Below the pieces are notes generated by a model. The model worked only from the letters and a program-made list of their open reading frames with translations. It was not told the origin of the DNA and did no database searches. A program made the translations under genes and the position numbers. From NCBI GenBank assembly GCA_963826075.1, contig CAWGVQ010000015.1, forward strand, positions 42,211 through 106,210: a stretch of 64,000 nt of DNA, in the 5' to 3' direction. The stretch comes from an uncultured Chloroflexia bacterium. Its GTDB lineage: Bacteria; Chloroflexota; Ktedonobacteria; Ktedonobacterales; JADMIN01. Of this stretch, positions 20,742 to 30,478 are shown in pieces; positions within the stretch are counted from its first letter, which is position 1, and every line of letters starts with the position of its first letter.

Positions 20742-21227
20742 AAAGTCTGGCGCAAGAAAGGGGGACCAATGAAGGTGCCGGCGGCCGGGGCTGATCGCAA
20801 GTTCGTCGTCTTTGGCGCTCTCGACCATGCGAGTGGGCAGATTATCTCCTCCCATAGTGAGCACAAAGGCGAGAACGCGTTCATCGCCTTTCTCGAGCAG
20901 GTGGCCCAGGCGTTACCTGCCGGCGAACCCGCGGTTCTGGTGCTCGACAATGCCGGCTACCATAAGAGCGCCGAGCTGCGGGCCTGGTGGCAGCAGCATG
21001 CCGACCGCTTCCAACCCTTCTGGCTGCCCGCCTACACCCCGCAGCTCAACCTGATCGAGTGCCTCTGGCGCTATGTGAAGCAGAAACTCGCCTGCCACCG
21101 CTGGTGGAACGACCTCGACCGCCTTATCCAGGCAACGGAAACCCTCCTGACCGGCCTTGAACTCCATGTTCACGCCACCGATGGACCGGACTTCGGGTCC
21201 GTCCAAAACTTTTGAGAGTCCGCTTAG
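20742..21227 (+). mobile_element. IS630-family remnant (3' half; transposase fragment 20769-21215)
   Basis: KVWRKKG...VFGALD...LVLDNAGYH...WLPAYTPQLNLIECLW (DDE_3 type); ends ...GAGTCCGCTTA, compatible with a TA target. Confidence 0.85.
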
Positions 21228-21457
21228 GACTCTTCAGGAACCTGCATGAATTCCGAGCCCCGTTTCGACCAAATGTACTAAAAATATGTTGTAATTTGGG
21301 ACCATGAAGCATCCCTTGTATACATTTCTGGTGAATCGCACGAAGATGTAGTCGGGCGTAACTGGCTTGAATTCGGCATTGACAACAGTGGTGACTACAA
21401 TTTCGTGTCACAAAATTTTGTACGAAGGCGCATTACCACACGCAAGAAGCACCCGCT

Positions 21458-24058
21458 TCAGCGTTCGGTTGATGGGCATCTTGGTTGTGGAGAGACCGCC
21501 TGCACGTCTTTGTGGGCGCAGGCTTGCACCAGCTCAGTATGCAGCATGCGCGTCTCAAGCGTGTTCGGGTGAGCATTCCCTAACGATCTGGAGCGGATCG
21601 CCAGGGCACGTTCAGCCAGGGAACAGGCCTCACGCACGCCGCCTTCTTTTTGCCGAAAGATAGCCATGTCGTGCAGAATCTGTGCAGTCTCCGGATGCTC
21701 TTTTCCTACAACCTGCTCGCGGATTTGCAGCGCACGATGAAAGAATACCTCAGCCTCCTCGAATCTTCCCTGTTCTCGGCTGAGTATGGCCAGGCCGCTG
21801 AGTGGGTACGATAGTGTGCGATGTTCAGGGCCAAAAGCTTGCTCAAAAAGGCGCAAACTTCGCTGATAGAGCGGCTCCGCGACCTCGTATCTCCCCCACG
21901 CACGGTACAGCGAAGCGAGAGTCTCGAGCACGCTCGCTAGATCATGATGTTCTGCGCCCTTTATCTGTTCGACCAGGCGTACCGCACGCTGGCAGTACGC
22001 TTCTGCCAGCTCGTACTTGCCCTGCTCGGTATAAAGCAGGCCGAACTGGTTCAACAGGTAGGCCACCTGCAGATGCTCCGGACCCAGAGCTTGCTCCCAA
22101 ATGATGAGGGCTCGATGATACACTGCCTCTGCCACATCATACCGGCCCTGGCTCTCGTAGAAGATCCCCAACCAGTACAGCGATTCGGCGAGCTGAGGAT
22201 GGTCAGGGCCGAGCGTCTGCTCAAGAATGGTGAGGGCCCGCTGGTACAGTGGCTCTGCTAGCTCGTACTTGCCCCGATCGGTGTACACGGCGGCAAGGAG
22301 ACTAAGATGAGATGCGACGGTTGGGTGATCAGGGCCTAGTGCCGGCTCAAGCATGCTCACTGCTGCGCGCAGAAGCACTTCTGCCTGCTCAAACTGATCG
22401 AGGTGCCGATAGAGATAGGCCAGACGCTGAACCAGAGTGGCTACCTTGGGATAGCCTGGGCCTGTCACCTGTTCTTGAATCTGGAGAGCCCGCTGGTACA
22501 ATGACTCGGCGAGTTCGAACTGGGACCTCTCAAACGCATAGTCGGCGGCCTTGCCGAGCACATCGGCCAACTCCTGGTCCTGCAGGTGTGTGGGGATAGC
22601 TGCGGTACAGGTCATCGCATGGGGGAGAAGCCGCTCACACCGCCTCCAGAACTCTGGCTCGGTTATCTCGATATGATCAGGAAAGACGGCACTCAGTAGG
22701 TGGACCAAACGCTGCCGCCAGTGCTCCTGGTCGTGCTCAGGCAGTTCCTCCTGGACAATCACCTGGACCAGCCGATGCAACGAGAGGGTGCGGCTGTCGG
22801 GCTGCCGCTGCACCAGCGAGTACCTGCGCAAGGTGGCAAGCACCACATCGAAGTGGGTAGCATCGCCCACGACCGGACCTAGAATGGGTCCGAGATGGTC
22901 GGCACCGGCGAGCAGCAGCTCCTCAGGGATAGCCTCGGGAGACAAAAACGCACAGCAGCGCAAGAGCTCCAGCGCAGCAGGGTGCTGCTCGCTCACCCGC
23001 TGGCAGGCGAGTCGGATGGTAGCAACCACTGAGTCAGGATGGTCACCGGACAGTCCACGCCGATCCAGCAGCATTCGGCGTTTCTGGCGGAAGCGCTGCA
23101 CGTAGGCCGCGAGACCACAGCCAGTCTCCTCGATATAGGCTCCTGCCTGGTCAAGAGCCAGGGGTAATCGCCCCAGCTCGGTCACCAGGTGGTGGGCCGC
23201 GGCAGAGAGGGGAGGGTTCGCTCTGGCCAGGTGCTGCACATCTTCCGGGGAGGCGTCCGGAGCCACGATCTTCGCCCGTCGTAGGAGAAATAAGACGCCT
23301 TCCTCCTCTTCCATGGGTTCCAGATCGATCCCTCGAGCAAGGGTTCCGAGTGCCTGGCAACGGGTGGTGATCAAGATGGCTCCCTGACGAGTAGCTGGCA
23401 GGAAGCGAGCGAGCAAGTCGAAATTTTCGAGATTATCGCAAATCAAGAGCCAGTCGTGGTGGATCGTGAGCCAGTACCCGACAGCAGTGAGCACCTGCTG
23501 AAGGTCCTGCTTGTCTCGCTCCGGCAAGCGGAGTACCTCGGCGATGCTTAGCAGGCTGGAGGTGATGCTGTCCACCGTCTCGGCTCCGATCCAGAAGACG
23601 GCGCCATAGTCCAGGGCATGCCGGTAGGCGTACTCGAGGGCGATCTGCGTCTTGCCGATGCCCCCCAGCCCAGAGAGCGCCGAGGATTGGGTGAGTGCGA
23701 CCGCCTGCGACCTCCCCAGCTGGAGGTGCAAGCTCTCAAGGATCTCATCACGTCCAGTAAAGAAGGGGTTACGCGGCAACGGTACCGACCAGTGGGGGGA
23801 GAGTGAGGTCAAGCTGGCTTCCAGCAACCGACGCGTCTCCTGGCTGTCGAGATGCAACTGCCGGGCTACCTCGAGGACGATGGTCTTGCTGGCTGGCAGG
23901 AAGTCTCCCTGTTCCCATCGGCCCACCGCATTTCGATGCACCCCCACGGCATCGGCCAGGTGCTGTTGCGTCAGGTGCCGGCTTTTGCGAAAGGCTTTGA
24001 GGAGCGCCCCAAAAGATAGAAGATCACTTGGTGTCAGTGTCATAGGCTTTGACTCCAT
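21458..24058 (-). CDS. XRE-HTH + NB-ARC (STAND ATPase) + TPR protein
   Basis: FGALLKAFRK...LTQQHLA...RWEQG HTH; RNPFFTGR; Walker A GLGGIGKT; LLICDN; LPLALDQA; many ALxIxEQxLGPDHP repeats. Start is 24058 or 24043. Confidence 0.92.
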   Translation of the reverse strand: MESKPMTLTPSDLLSFGALLKAFRKSRHLTQQHLADAVGVHRNAVGRWEQGDFLPASKTIVLEVARQLHLDSQETRRLLEASLTSLSPHWSVPLPRNPFFTGRDEILESLHLQLGRSQAVALTQSSALSGLGGIGKTQIALEYAYRHALDYGAVFWIGAETVDSITSSLLSIAEVLRLPERDKQDLQQVLTAVGYWLTIHHDWLLICDNLENFDLLARFLPATRQGAILITTRCQALGTLARGIDLEPMEEEEGVLFLLRRAKIVAPDASPEDVQHLARANPPLSAAAHHLVTELGRLPLALDQAGAYIEETGCGLAAYVQRFRQKRRMLLDRRGLSGDHPDSVVATIRLACQRVSEQHPAALELLRCCAFLSPEAIPEELLLAGADHLGPILGPVVGDATHFDVVLATLRRYSLVQRQPDSRTLSLHRLVQVIVQEELPEHDQEHWRQRLVHLLSAVFPDHIEITEPEFWRRCERLLPHAMTCTAAIPTHLQDQELADVLGKAADYAFERSQFELAESLYQRALQIQEQVTGPGYPKVATLVQRLAYLYRHLDQFEQAEVLLRAAVSMLEPALGPDHPTVASHLSLLAAVYTDRGKYELAEPLYQRALTILEQTLGPDHPQLAESLYWLGIFYESQGRYDVAEAVYHRALIIWEQALGPEHLQVAYLLNQFGLLYTEQGKYELAEAYCQRAVRLVEQIKGAEHHDLASVLETLASLYRAWGRYEVAEPLYQRSLRLFEQAFGPEHRTLSYPLSGLAILSREQGRFEEAEVFFHRALQIREQVVGKEHPETAQILHDMAIFRQKEGGVREACSLAERALAIRSRSLGNAHPNTLETRMLHTELVQACAHKDVQAVSPQPRCPSTER

Positions 24059-24087
24059 AGAACAATCGCGCTGGGCACCCATCCCGT

Positions 24088-25446
24088 TTAGGGGATCGGG
24101 AGGAAAGCGCGCTCTCCTTTCTGATACGTATAGCCGTCAGCCTGCTGCAGTCGCCGACAAGAGCGGTATGGCACATCCGGCACGGCACGCTGCCTGGTGG
24201 TAATGGTAAACATGCCACTGGCTTTGATCGCCACTTTGCCTACATGGGTGCCGCGGGGCTTCCCGCTGGGCACCACGGCTTTCACAATGTCACCAGTTTT
24301 GAAGCCATAGGCTCGACTCGCTCCTTTGGCCCTGGTGCGTGGAAAACCACTTCCATTCATCAAACACATCTGCCGCCGTTGCCAGCGCTGGGCGCTGATC
24401 GCGAGCGGCACGACATCCCGCCAGCCCAGTAGCCGCTCGGGCGTACTCGCGCCCACACACAGCGCATCCAGCCAATGGGTCTTGGGCAGTCCGCGTTGGG
24501 TGCGGTTCCATTTGGTCACGCCGCCACTCGCCGTCTCCACCGGCAGCCCGAGTGCCAGCAGCCGCTGGTGCAACGCTCGCCGAGTGCTGTTGACCGCGGC
24601 AGCATCCCGCAAGGGGGTCTTGGCCTGGGCCTGCACCTCTGGATGGCCAAACTCTTCAGCCGTCCGGTCGCCCTTGGCTTGGTTGCAGGTATGACAGGAG
24701 AGCGCCAGATTGGCTGGGCGATCGCTCCCCCCACGACTTCGGGGACGGATATGGTCGATTTCCCAGCGATTGGTGGAGGTAGCTTCCTGGTGGCAGTACG
24801 CGCAGCGGTAGCTCCATTTGAGCAACAGATACTCTCGGACCTCGGTGCCGGCAAGGGTACCGTGCTGGTACGCCACACCAGCAATATCCGGGTGGTGCAG
24901 TAGCTGGGTATCGAAGCGCACCGTTTCGAAGGAAATCGCATCCACTGGACACCAGCGAGCCAAGCGCTGCACCCAGGTCACGACGTTGTGGACCCGACTC
25001 TCCAGCGAGGGTGGCAACCACCCATCAGGTCGGGTCCGGTTGGCAAAGCGGGCGGGACGATAGCGAGTGTGACGCTGACGGCGGGCGCGGGGGACAGCTC
25101 GCCGGTCCACGAGGGCATTGTGGACATCGTCACCGCGGTGGGCCAGGTCCGCGGCCCACACGACCGCACCGGCACGACTTCGTGGTGGTCTCCCCACTGG
25201 AACTGCTACTGAGGTGGGTGTGGGGCGGTGGCTCACCATCGCCAGACCGGTGGTTCGGCTGCCCGGATCAATCTTGAGTCGCACGGGTGCGACCACTGCT
25301 TCTGGCATGGCGGCGGTGAGGATGATGGTGAAGGGATACCTGCGCAGGACGGCTGCCCGATGCTGGGTGAGCAGGCGGCGCGCTCGCGCTGGCCGGCAGG
25401 GCATCAAGGGACGCCGGGTGGCATCCACCACAAAGACCTGTTGCAT
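24088..25446 (-). CDS. iscB: RNA-guided endonuclease IscB
   Basis: PLMP N-terminus, RARRLL, RuvC-I IDPGSRTTG, Arg-rich bridge helix RARRQRHTRYRPARF, RuvC-II FETVRFD, HNH CAYC...IDHIRPRSRGGSD...NL...C..CN, RuvC-III THWLDA. Confidence 0.96.
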   Translation of the reverse strand: MQQVFVVDATRRPLMPCRPARARRLLTQHRAAVLRRYPFTIILTAAMPEAVVAPVRLKIDPGSRTTGLAMVSHRPTPTSVAVPVGRPPRSRAGAVVWAADLAHRGDDVHNALVDRRAVPRARRQRHTRYRPARFANRTRPDGWLPPSLESRVHNVVTWVQRLARWCPVDAISFETVRFDTQLLHHPDIAGVAYQHGTLAGTEVREYLLLKWSYRCAYCHQEATSTNRWEIDHIRPRSRGGSDRPANLALSCHTCNQAKGDRTAEEFGHPEVQAQAKTPLRDAAAVNSTRRALHQRLLALGLPVETASGGVTKWNRTQRGLPKTHWLDALCVGASTPERLLGWRDVVPLAISAQRWQRRQMCLMNGSGFPRTRAKGASRAYGFKTGDIVKAVVPSGKPRGTHVGKVAIKASGMFTITTRQRAVPDVPYRSCRRLQQADGYTYQKGERAFLPIP

Positions 25447-25449
25447 TCT

Positions 25450-25749
25450 CTTATACTCTCAGTTTCTTCCCCACACGTGAGGACGCCGTACACGGCGACG
25501 CTGGTGGTCTTGCGACGTCCAGGTAAAGTGATCCTCGTCCCGGTTGACGAGCGGTACGGTGTCCGGAGCACTGCGGCACCCAACCGCTGTTTAACTCCAG
25601 ACTTGCAGAGCTGGGGACTGGATCGGTCATCCCCAGGTGCGAGCTTGAACGCTCCTCGTCAACGGCTCCCTTCCTCCGTAGAGGGAGGGGGACTGGTCAG
25701 ATGGCCTGCCGAAGCAAGCCCGCTCCCTTCAGGGAGCCGGGTATCTGAC
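25450..25749 (-). ncRNA. omegaRNA (HEARO-type) scaffold
   Basis: About 300 nt directly upstream of iscB. GTCAGAT/ATCTGAC stem, GCTCCC-TGAA-GGGAGC and GGCTTGC-TTCG-GCAGGCC hairpins, GTTGACGAG/CTCGTCAAC long-range pairing, GTTAAACAG...CAGTG and CGAGG...TTTACC motifs. Confidence 0.88.
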
Positions 25750-26124
25750 TTCGCCCTCGTTTTCACGATGCACCAAAATGCACCGTTGGATGAGGCATAG
25801 CCTATTTTATACTTTGCCCGACTATCAGGGACGCAGTATTGGGAAGGTGTGTGCCCTCCCGCCTGCGTGCCTTGTGTGGCGGCGTTTTCTTGACCAAAGG
25901 AAAGGCAGGCTACTCTCCTCGGCGGAGCTATCTGGATGCTGGCCCACTTCGACCTGATGATACTCGACTCCACAATCTTTCCAGCTACTTTTGAGGCCCG
26001 GAGCGTCTACTCGGGCCACAATACTGGACACGATGGGGGGGCAACAGAAGGTACGATCCTCCCCAGGTGTACTGCCGAAGCGACGAACATGCTCCTACCC
26101 ATTTCCGCCTGTGGAGGTATCGCC

Positions 26125-27453
26125 ATGACGTACTCCGAGCTGCCGTCGACACCCGGAGATTCAAACTCTCCTCTTGCCGTAGCCACTGCCACCGAGGATC
26201 TCAGTCACAAGCAGCGGGAGGGCGGACTACTCAGTCCCTTTCGCGTACGCAACTTCAGGTTGCTCTTCGGCGGCCAGCTGACCTCAAACGTTGGCGATGC
26301 CTTCTACGCCGTGGCGCTGCCCTGGTACCTGCTCTCGCATGGCGGACCCGAGGCGCTGGGTCTCGTGCTACTGGCCTATGGCGTGCCGCGCACGCTCTGT
26401 GTCGTGGCGGGCGGCGCACTCGCCGACCGGCTACGCCCGCGGCGATTGATGCTGCTTGCGGACGTAGCGCGGACCATAATCATGACCGCGTTCGCAATTC
26501 TGGTTGGCTTCTTCGCGCCACCGCTCTGGCAGCTCGCTGCGCTCTCCGCCGGGTACGGGGCGTTCAGTGGCCTGTTTCTCCCTCCCTCAACAAGCATCAT
26601 TCCCGATCTGCTCCCAGACGATGCGCTCCAGGCCGGAAACTCGCTCTCCTCTGTCAGTACGCAATTCGCTGCACTGGTTGGCCCATCGCTAGGCGGGCTG
26701 ATCATCGGCTTCTTCGCTCCATGGATCGCGCTGCTGGCCGACGCGGGGACCTTCCTCATCTCGGCCCTCTCACTGGGAGCAATGCGGCAGTCTCGTCGCC
26801 CCGCGGAGCCGGCGGCAGCGAGCCCGAGCGAACCCGGCGCGGGAGAGGCCGCGGCGTTCCCACAGGAGCCACACACCTTCTGGCAGCTCCTGCGGAGCTC
26901 GCCGCTGCTCCAGTCAGTGCTGGTGTTTAGCATCTTTGGAAATATCTCGCTTGGTGGACTCACCGAGGTGGCGTTTCCTGCTCTTTTGAAGGGTCCCTTT
27001 CACGCGACTGCGACGCAATATGGGCTTGCGCTTGGTGGTTTCGCGCTGGGCGCGCTGGTTGGTGGGCTCAGCGCGGGGCTGCTTGGACGTCTCCCTCGCC
27101 GCGGCATTTTTATTGCTGTCGTCTGGTTCATACAGGCGGCCGTCCTGGCACTCATTCCCTATGTGGGTGGGATAACTGGCGCGACGGCGCTGCTCGCGGT
27201 GCTAGGACTGGCGAATGGCTCAAGCAACGTCTTTATCATCACGGCAATCCAGCAGCGCATGCCAGCTGCCCTGCTTGGCCGCGTGATGGGCGCGATAATC
27301 TTCACGTCACTTGGTCTCTACCCGCTCTCGGTGGCCGGCGCTGGCTACCTCGTCGAATCGTACGGTCCGTCGCTTCTCTTCCCCGTCAGTGGTGTGCTGG
27401 TGGCGCTGGCCGTGATCCTGGCTGTCTCACGGCGCGACATCCGCCAACTGTAG
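26125..27453 (+). CDS. MFS transporter (DHA3/macrolide-efflux-like)
   Basis: RNFRLLFGGQLTSNVGD, GGALADRLRPRRLM, LLGRVMG; 12 TM; GGAGG RBS. Confidence 0.92.
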   Translation: MTYSELPSTPGDSNSPLAVATATEDLSHKQREGGLLSPFRVRNFRLLFGGQLTSNVGDAFYAVALPWYLLSHGGPEALGLVLLAYGVPRTLCVVAGGALADRLRPRRLMLLADVARTIIMTAFAILVGFFAPPLWQLAALSAGYGAFSGLFLPPSTSIIPDLLPDDALQAGNSLSSVSTQFAALVGPSLGGLIIGFFAPWIALLADAGTFLISALSLGAMRQSRRPAEPAAASPSEPGAGEAAAFPQEPHTFWQLLRSSPLLQSVLVFSIFGNISLGGLTEVAFPALLKGPFHATATQYGLALGGFALGALVGGLSAGLLGRLPRRGIFIAVVWFIQAAVLALIPYVGGITGATALLAVLGLANGSSNVFIITAIQQRMPAALLGRVMGAIIFTSLGLYPLSVAGAGYLVESYGPSLLFPVSGVLVALAVILAVSRRDIRQL

Positions 27454-27814
27454 CATCAAACCAATCGCCTGGGTGACCAGCTAGGTTGCGCATCTGCATG
27501 TTGATGTCAACTCTGAATGACAAGCCGGAAGAGAAAATCGACGACCGCACACAAAGCTTGGATGTCTCTGCGGACTCTTTCGCGAGCTATCACCAGTGAG
27601 CGAAAGTCTGTAGCGCTTATATGTGCATAACGGCGATGGGGTCTGGAACCTCCTGCTACTCCGCGGCCTCCTCGCCGATTGGTTGCAGCACCCCTTACGC
27701 ATATCGCGTGAGATTCGAAAGGCTCATTGCCGATAACAAGAGTGTATTGGAACGGGAGATGACTACAACTTCGTGTAAATCACCACACGCTGAGCGGCCA
27801 CTAACGGTACCACT

Positions 27815-28530
27815 GCCTTGCCTGCGGCGCCTGGTTCGGTGGACGCAGGGCACGCCACTCTACCGACTGCGCACGCCGGTCGCGGAGATTGCCCAGGCGC
27901 TGCTTCTTGTGATGCGCCGCAGCAGCTTGCGGGCCGCCGAGGAGGTCACTGGGCACAAGTATGAGACCATTGGCCACTGGCTGCACCTGGCCGCCCAGCA
28001 CGCTGAGGCGCTCACCGAGGTGCTGGTCCACGACCTGCACCTTTCGACCGTTGAGATCGACGAGTTCTGGTCCTTTGTCCGCAGAAGGGTGAACACCTGA
28101 CGGGCGACGACGACCCGGCGACGGTAGGGGAGCGCTGGGGGTGCCTGGTCATCGACCGGGCCAGCCGCTTCATGCTGGCCCACGCCAGCGGTCCGCGCGA
28201 CGAGACGCTCGCGGAGCTCGCGGTGCGCCTGACCCAGGCCGTTTCGGCTGGTCAGGCGCTGGCTTGGTGTAGCGATGGCTGGCGTCCGTACCCGTCGGTC
28301 ATCCGTCAGGTCTACCGGCAACCGGTGCGCACTGGGCGGCGCGGCCGGCCCGCTCTGCGCGTGCCCACTGGCGTCGCGCTCACCCGGCGCTGCGCGAGCC
28401 GGAGGCGGACGGGGGTCGGCGCTACCGCCGCCGCAGCCCGGCGATGGTGCTCGGCCTGGCCGACCGCCTCTGGTCCTGGGAGGAGTTCCTCACCAGGCCC
28501 GTCCCAGTCAGCCCGTGAGGGATCACTGCA
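27815..28530 (+). mobile_element. IS1-like transposase remnant (frameshifted, internally deleted)
   Basis: TQGTPLYRLRT...SLRAAEEVTG...VEIDEFWSFV / ERWGCLVIDRASR...WCSDGWRPY / RSPAMVLGLADRLWSWEEFL*; end ...GGGATCACTGC. Confidence 0.75.
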
Positions 28531-28645
28531 GGAGTGTACGCTTGTGCATATAATGACTCTGCGGGCCGCGGAAGCCTCTCCGCCCGGGCCTATTGGCACC
28601 ATTGGCACGACCGCGCTTTCCGGCGCGAGAGTGAGGAGCGAGAGC

Positions 28646-30052
28646 ATGCTGTTCAACACGGATTATCTGGTTGTAGGGGCGGGTGCGAGCGGCCTTGCCT
28701 TCACCGACGCGCTGGTCGCCGAGGCGGATGTGGAGGTGACGGTGGTGGATCGCCAAGCAGCTCCTGGAGGTCATTGGCTGCATGCCTATCCGTTCGTGCG
28801 CCTACACACGCCCTCGGCGTACTACGGCGTGAACTCACTGCCGCTTGGCGAGGACCGCATCGATCACGTGGGCGAGAATGCAGGGTTCTACGAACGCGCG
28901 ACCGGCGGCGAGGTCCGCGAGCACTTCGCGCAGGCAGCCACGCGGCTAACGCAGACGGGCCGGGTTCGCCTGCTCTTGGGGCACGAGCACCTGGGCCGCG
29001 GCAGTAACGGTCAGCAGGTCCGAGACCTGAGCACCGGGGTGATGCACGATGTGATGGTCCGCCGCAAGGTCGTCGACGCTCGCTACCTGGAGGCGTCGAT
29101 TCCGGCCACTCACGCTCTCCCGTTCGAAGTGGCTGCATCCGCACGGGTCATCCCGATCAACGACCTACCGGCGGCCGCAGATGCGGCCTCGTCCTACGCC
29201 GTCCTCGGGTCTGGCAAAACGGCGGTGGACGCCTGCGTCTGGCTTCTGGACAACGGAGTCGAGCCGGACCGGATTCGCTGGATCCGTCCACGCGACGCGT
29301 GGTTCTATGATCGCCGCTACTTTCAACCGCTGGAGCAGGTTGGCGCGATCATGGAGGGGATCTCCCGCGACGCCGAAGCCGGCGCTCAGGCGGCGAACGT
29401 CGAGGAGGTCTTCGAGCGGCTCGAGGCTTCGGGGCGCCTCGTGCGTATCGACCCCACGTGGCCGGCCACAATGTATCGGGGCACGATGCTCAGCACCCAT
29501 GAGCTCGAGACCGTGCGGCGGATCGAAGACGTGGTCAGGCTCGGCCGGGTGCGGCGGATCGAAGGCGACCGGATCGTGCTGGAGCGCGGGGAGACCCGCA
29601 CCGGCCCCGAGGTCCTGCACGTCGACTGCACGGCGCTCGGTCTAAACAACGCCCCCGCCGCCACGATCTTCCAGCCCGACCAGATCGCGCTCCAGCAAGT
29701 CCGCTATCTCTCGCCGACGTTCAACGCCGCCCTGATCGGCTTCGTCGAGGCCCATTGGGACGACGACACGGCCAAGAACCGGCTGTGCCCCACCCACGCC
29801 TACCCCAGCAGCCCCGAGGATTGGCCGCGCATGATGTGCTGCACGTGGGGCGCGGAGGCCCGCTGGCTGCGCGAGCCTGACCTGTCAGCGTGGATCGCCA
29901 CGAGCCGGCTCAATCTCATGCGTGGGCTCCCCGACCACGCGGCCGAGCCATCGGTGCAAGCCGCTGTCATGCGGTATCTCACCCACGTCAGGCCGGCGAT
30001 CGAGCGGCTGAGGGGCTGGGCGGATCAGTCTCAGCCGGGGAATCGACGCTAG
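28646..30052 (+). CDS. FAD/NAD(P)-binding oxidoreductase
   Basis: DYLVVGAGASG, GGHWLHAYPFVRLH, second motif VLGSGKTA; GAGGAG RBS. The upstream part of the 626-aa ORF is IS-derived. Confidence 0.88.
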   Translation: MLFNTDYLVVGAGASGLAFTDALVAEADVEVTVVDRQAAPGGHWLHAYPFVRLHTPSAYYGVNSLPLGEDRIDHVGENAGFYERATGGEVREHFAQAATRLTQTGRVRLLLGHEHLGRGSNGQQVRDLSTGVMHDVMVRRKVVDARYLEASIPATHALPFEVAASARVIPINDLPAAADAASSYAVLGSGKTAVDACVWLLDNGVEPDRIRWIRPRDAWFYDRRYFQPLEQVGAIMEGISRDAEAGAQAANVEEVFERLEASGRLVRIDPTWPATMYRGTMLSTHELETVRRIEDVVRLGRVRRIEGDRIVLERGETRTGPEVLHVDCTALGLNNAPAATIFQPDQIALQQVRYLSPTFNAALIGFVEAHWDDDTAKNRLCPTHAYPSSPEDWPRMMCCTWGAEARWLREPDLSAWIATSRLNLMRGLPDHAAEPSVQAAVMRYLTHVRPAIERLRGWADQSQPGNRR

Positions 30053-30478
30053 CGATCGAGGATCTAGCAGGCCCTCGCCAGCTATCAGCCACCAACGATG
30101 GGTTAGCACCTGCAAGACACACAAGGTTCGAAACCATCAGTGCGTGAAGATTGCGGCTGGTGACAGCTTCCGTAACACCGGGCCCTCCCGCAGTTCAGAT
30201 GCCTATGGAGTCACTACCACTAAGTGTACCGTGACAATAAAGTCCGTCACTGACGATATGTTGCGAAGGCGACGGATATGTTCCACGAGCAACAATGTAG
30301 TTGCCGCGGATACTAAGTCGACGACATCTTGTCACAGCTAGCCATACATCGCAAGCGAGGGGCACCAGACGAACCATGTCTGGTGCCCCTCGCCATCCCT
30401 CCCAATTTAGACAAGGAGGCGTGCTCCTGATCAAGAACGTGAGGATCGACTCATACCTCTGCTCGTCAGCGAGCCGAA

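Larger units (their letters stand above)
24059..25749 (-). mobile_element. Non-autonomous IS200/IS605-superfamily (ISC/OMEGA) element: omegaRNA + iscB, no tnpA
   Basis: One end is GTCAGATACCC... at 25749. The other has a subterminal hairpin CCCGATCCC-CTAAAC-GGGATGGG enclosed by CGCGCT/AGCGCG and overlapping the iscB stop. The boundary at 24059 is inferred. Confidence 0.8.

Noticed and set aside
28172-28645. Transposase-oxidoreductase fusion suggested by the 626-aa ORF
   Set aside because: Chance read-through from a deleted IS1-like remnant; the oxidoreductase has its own RBS and ATG at 28646.
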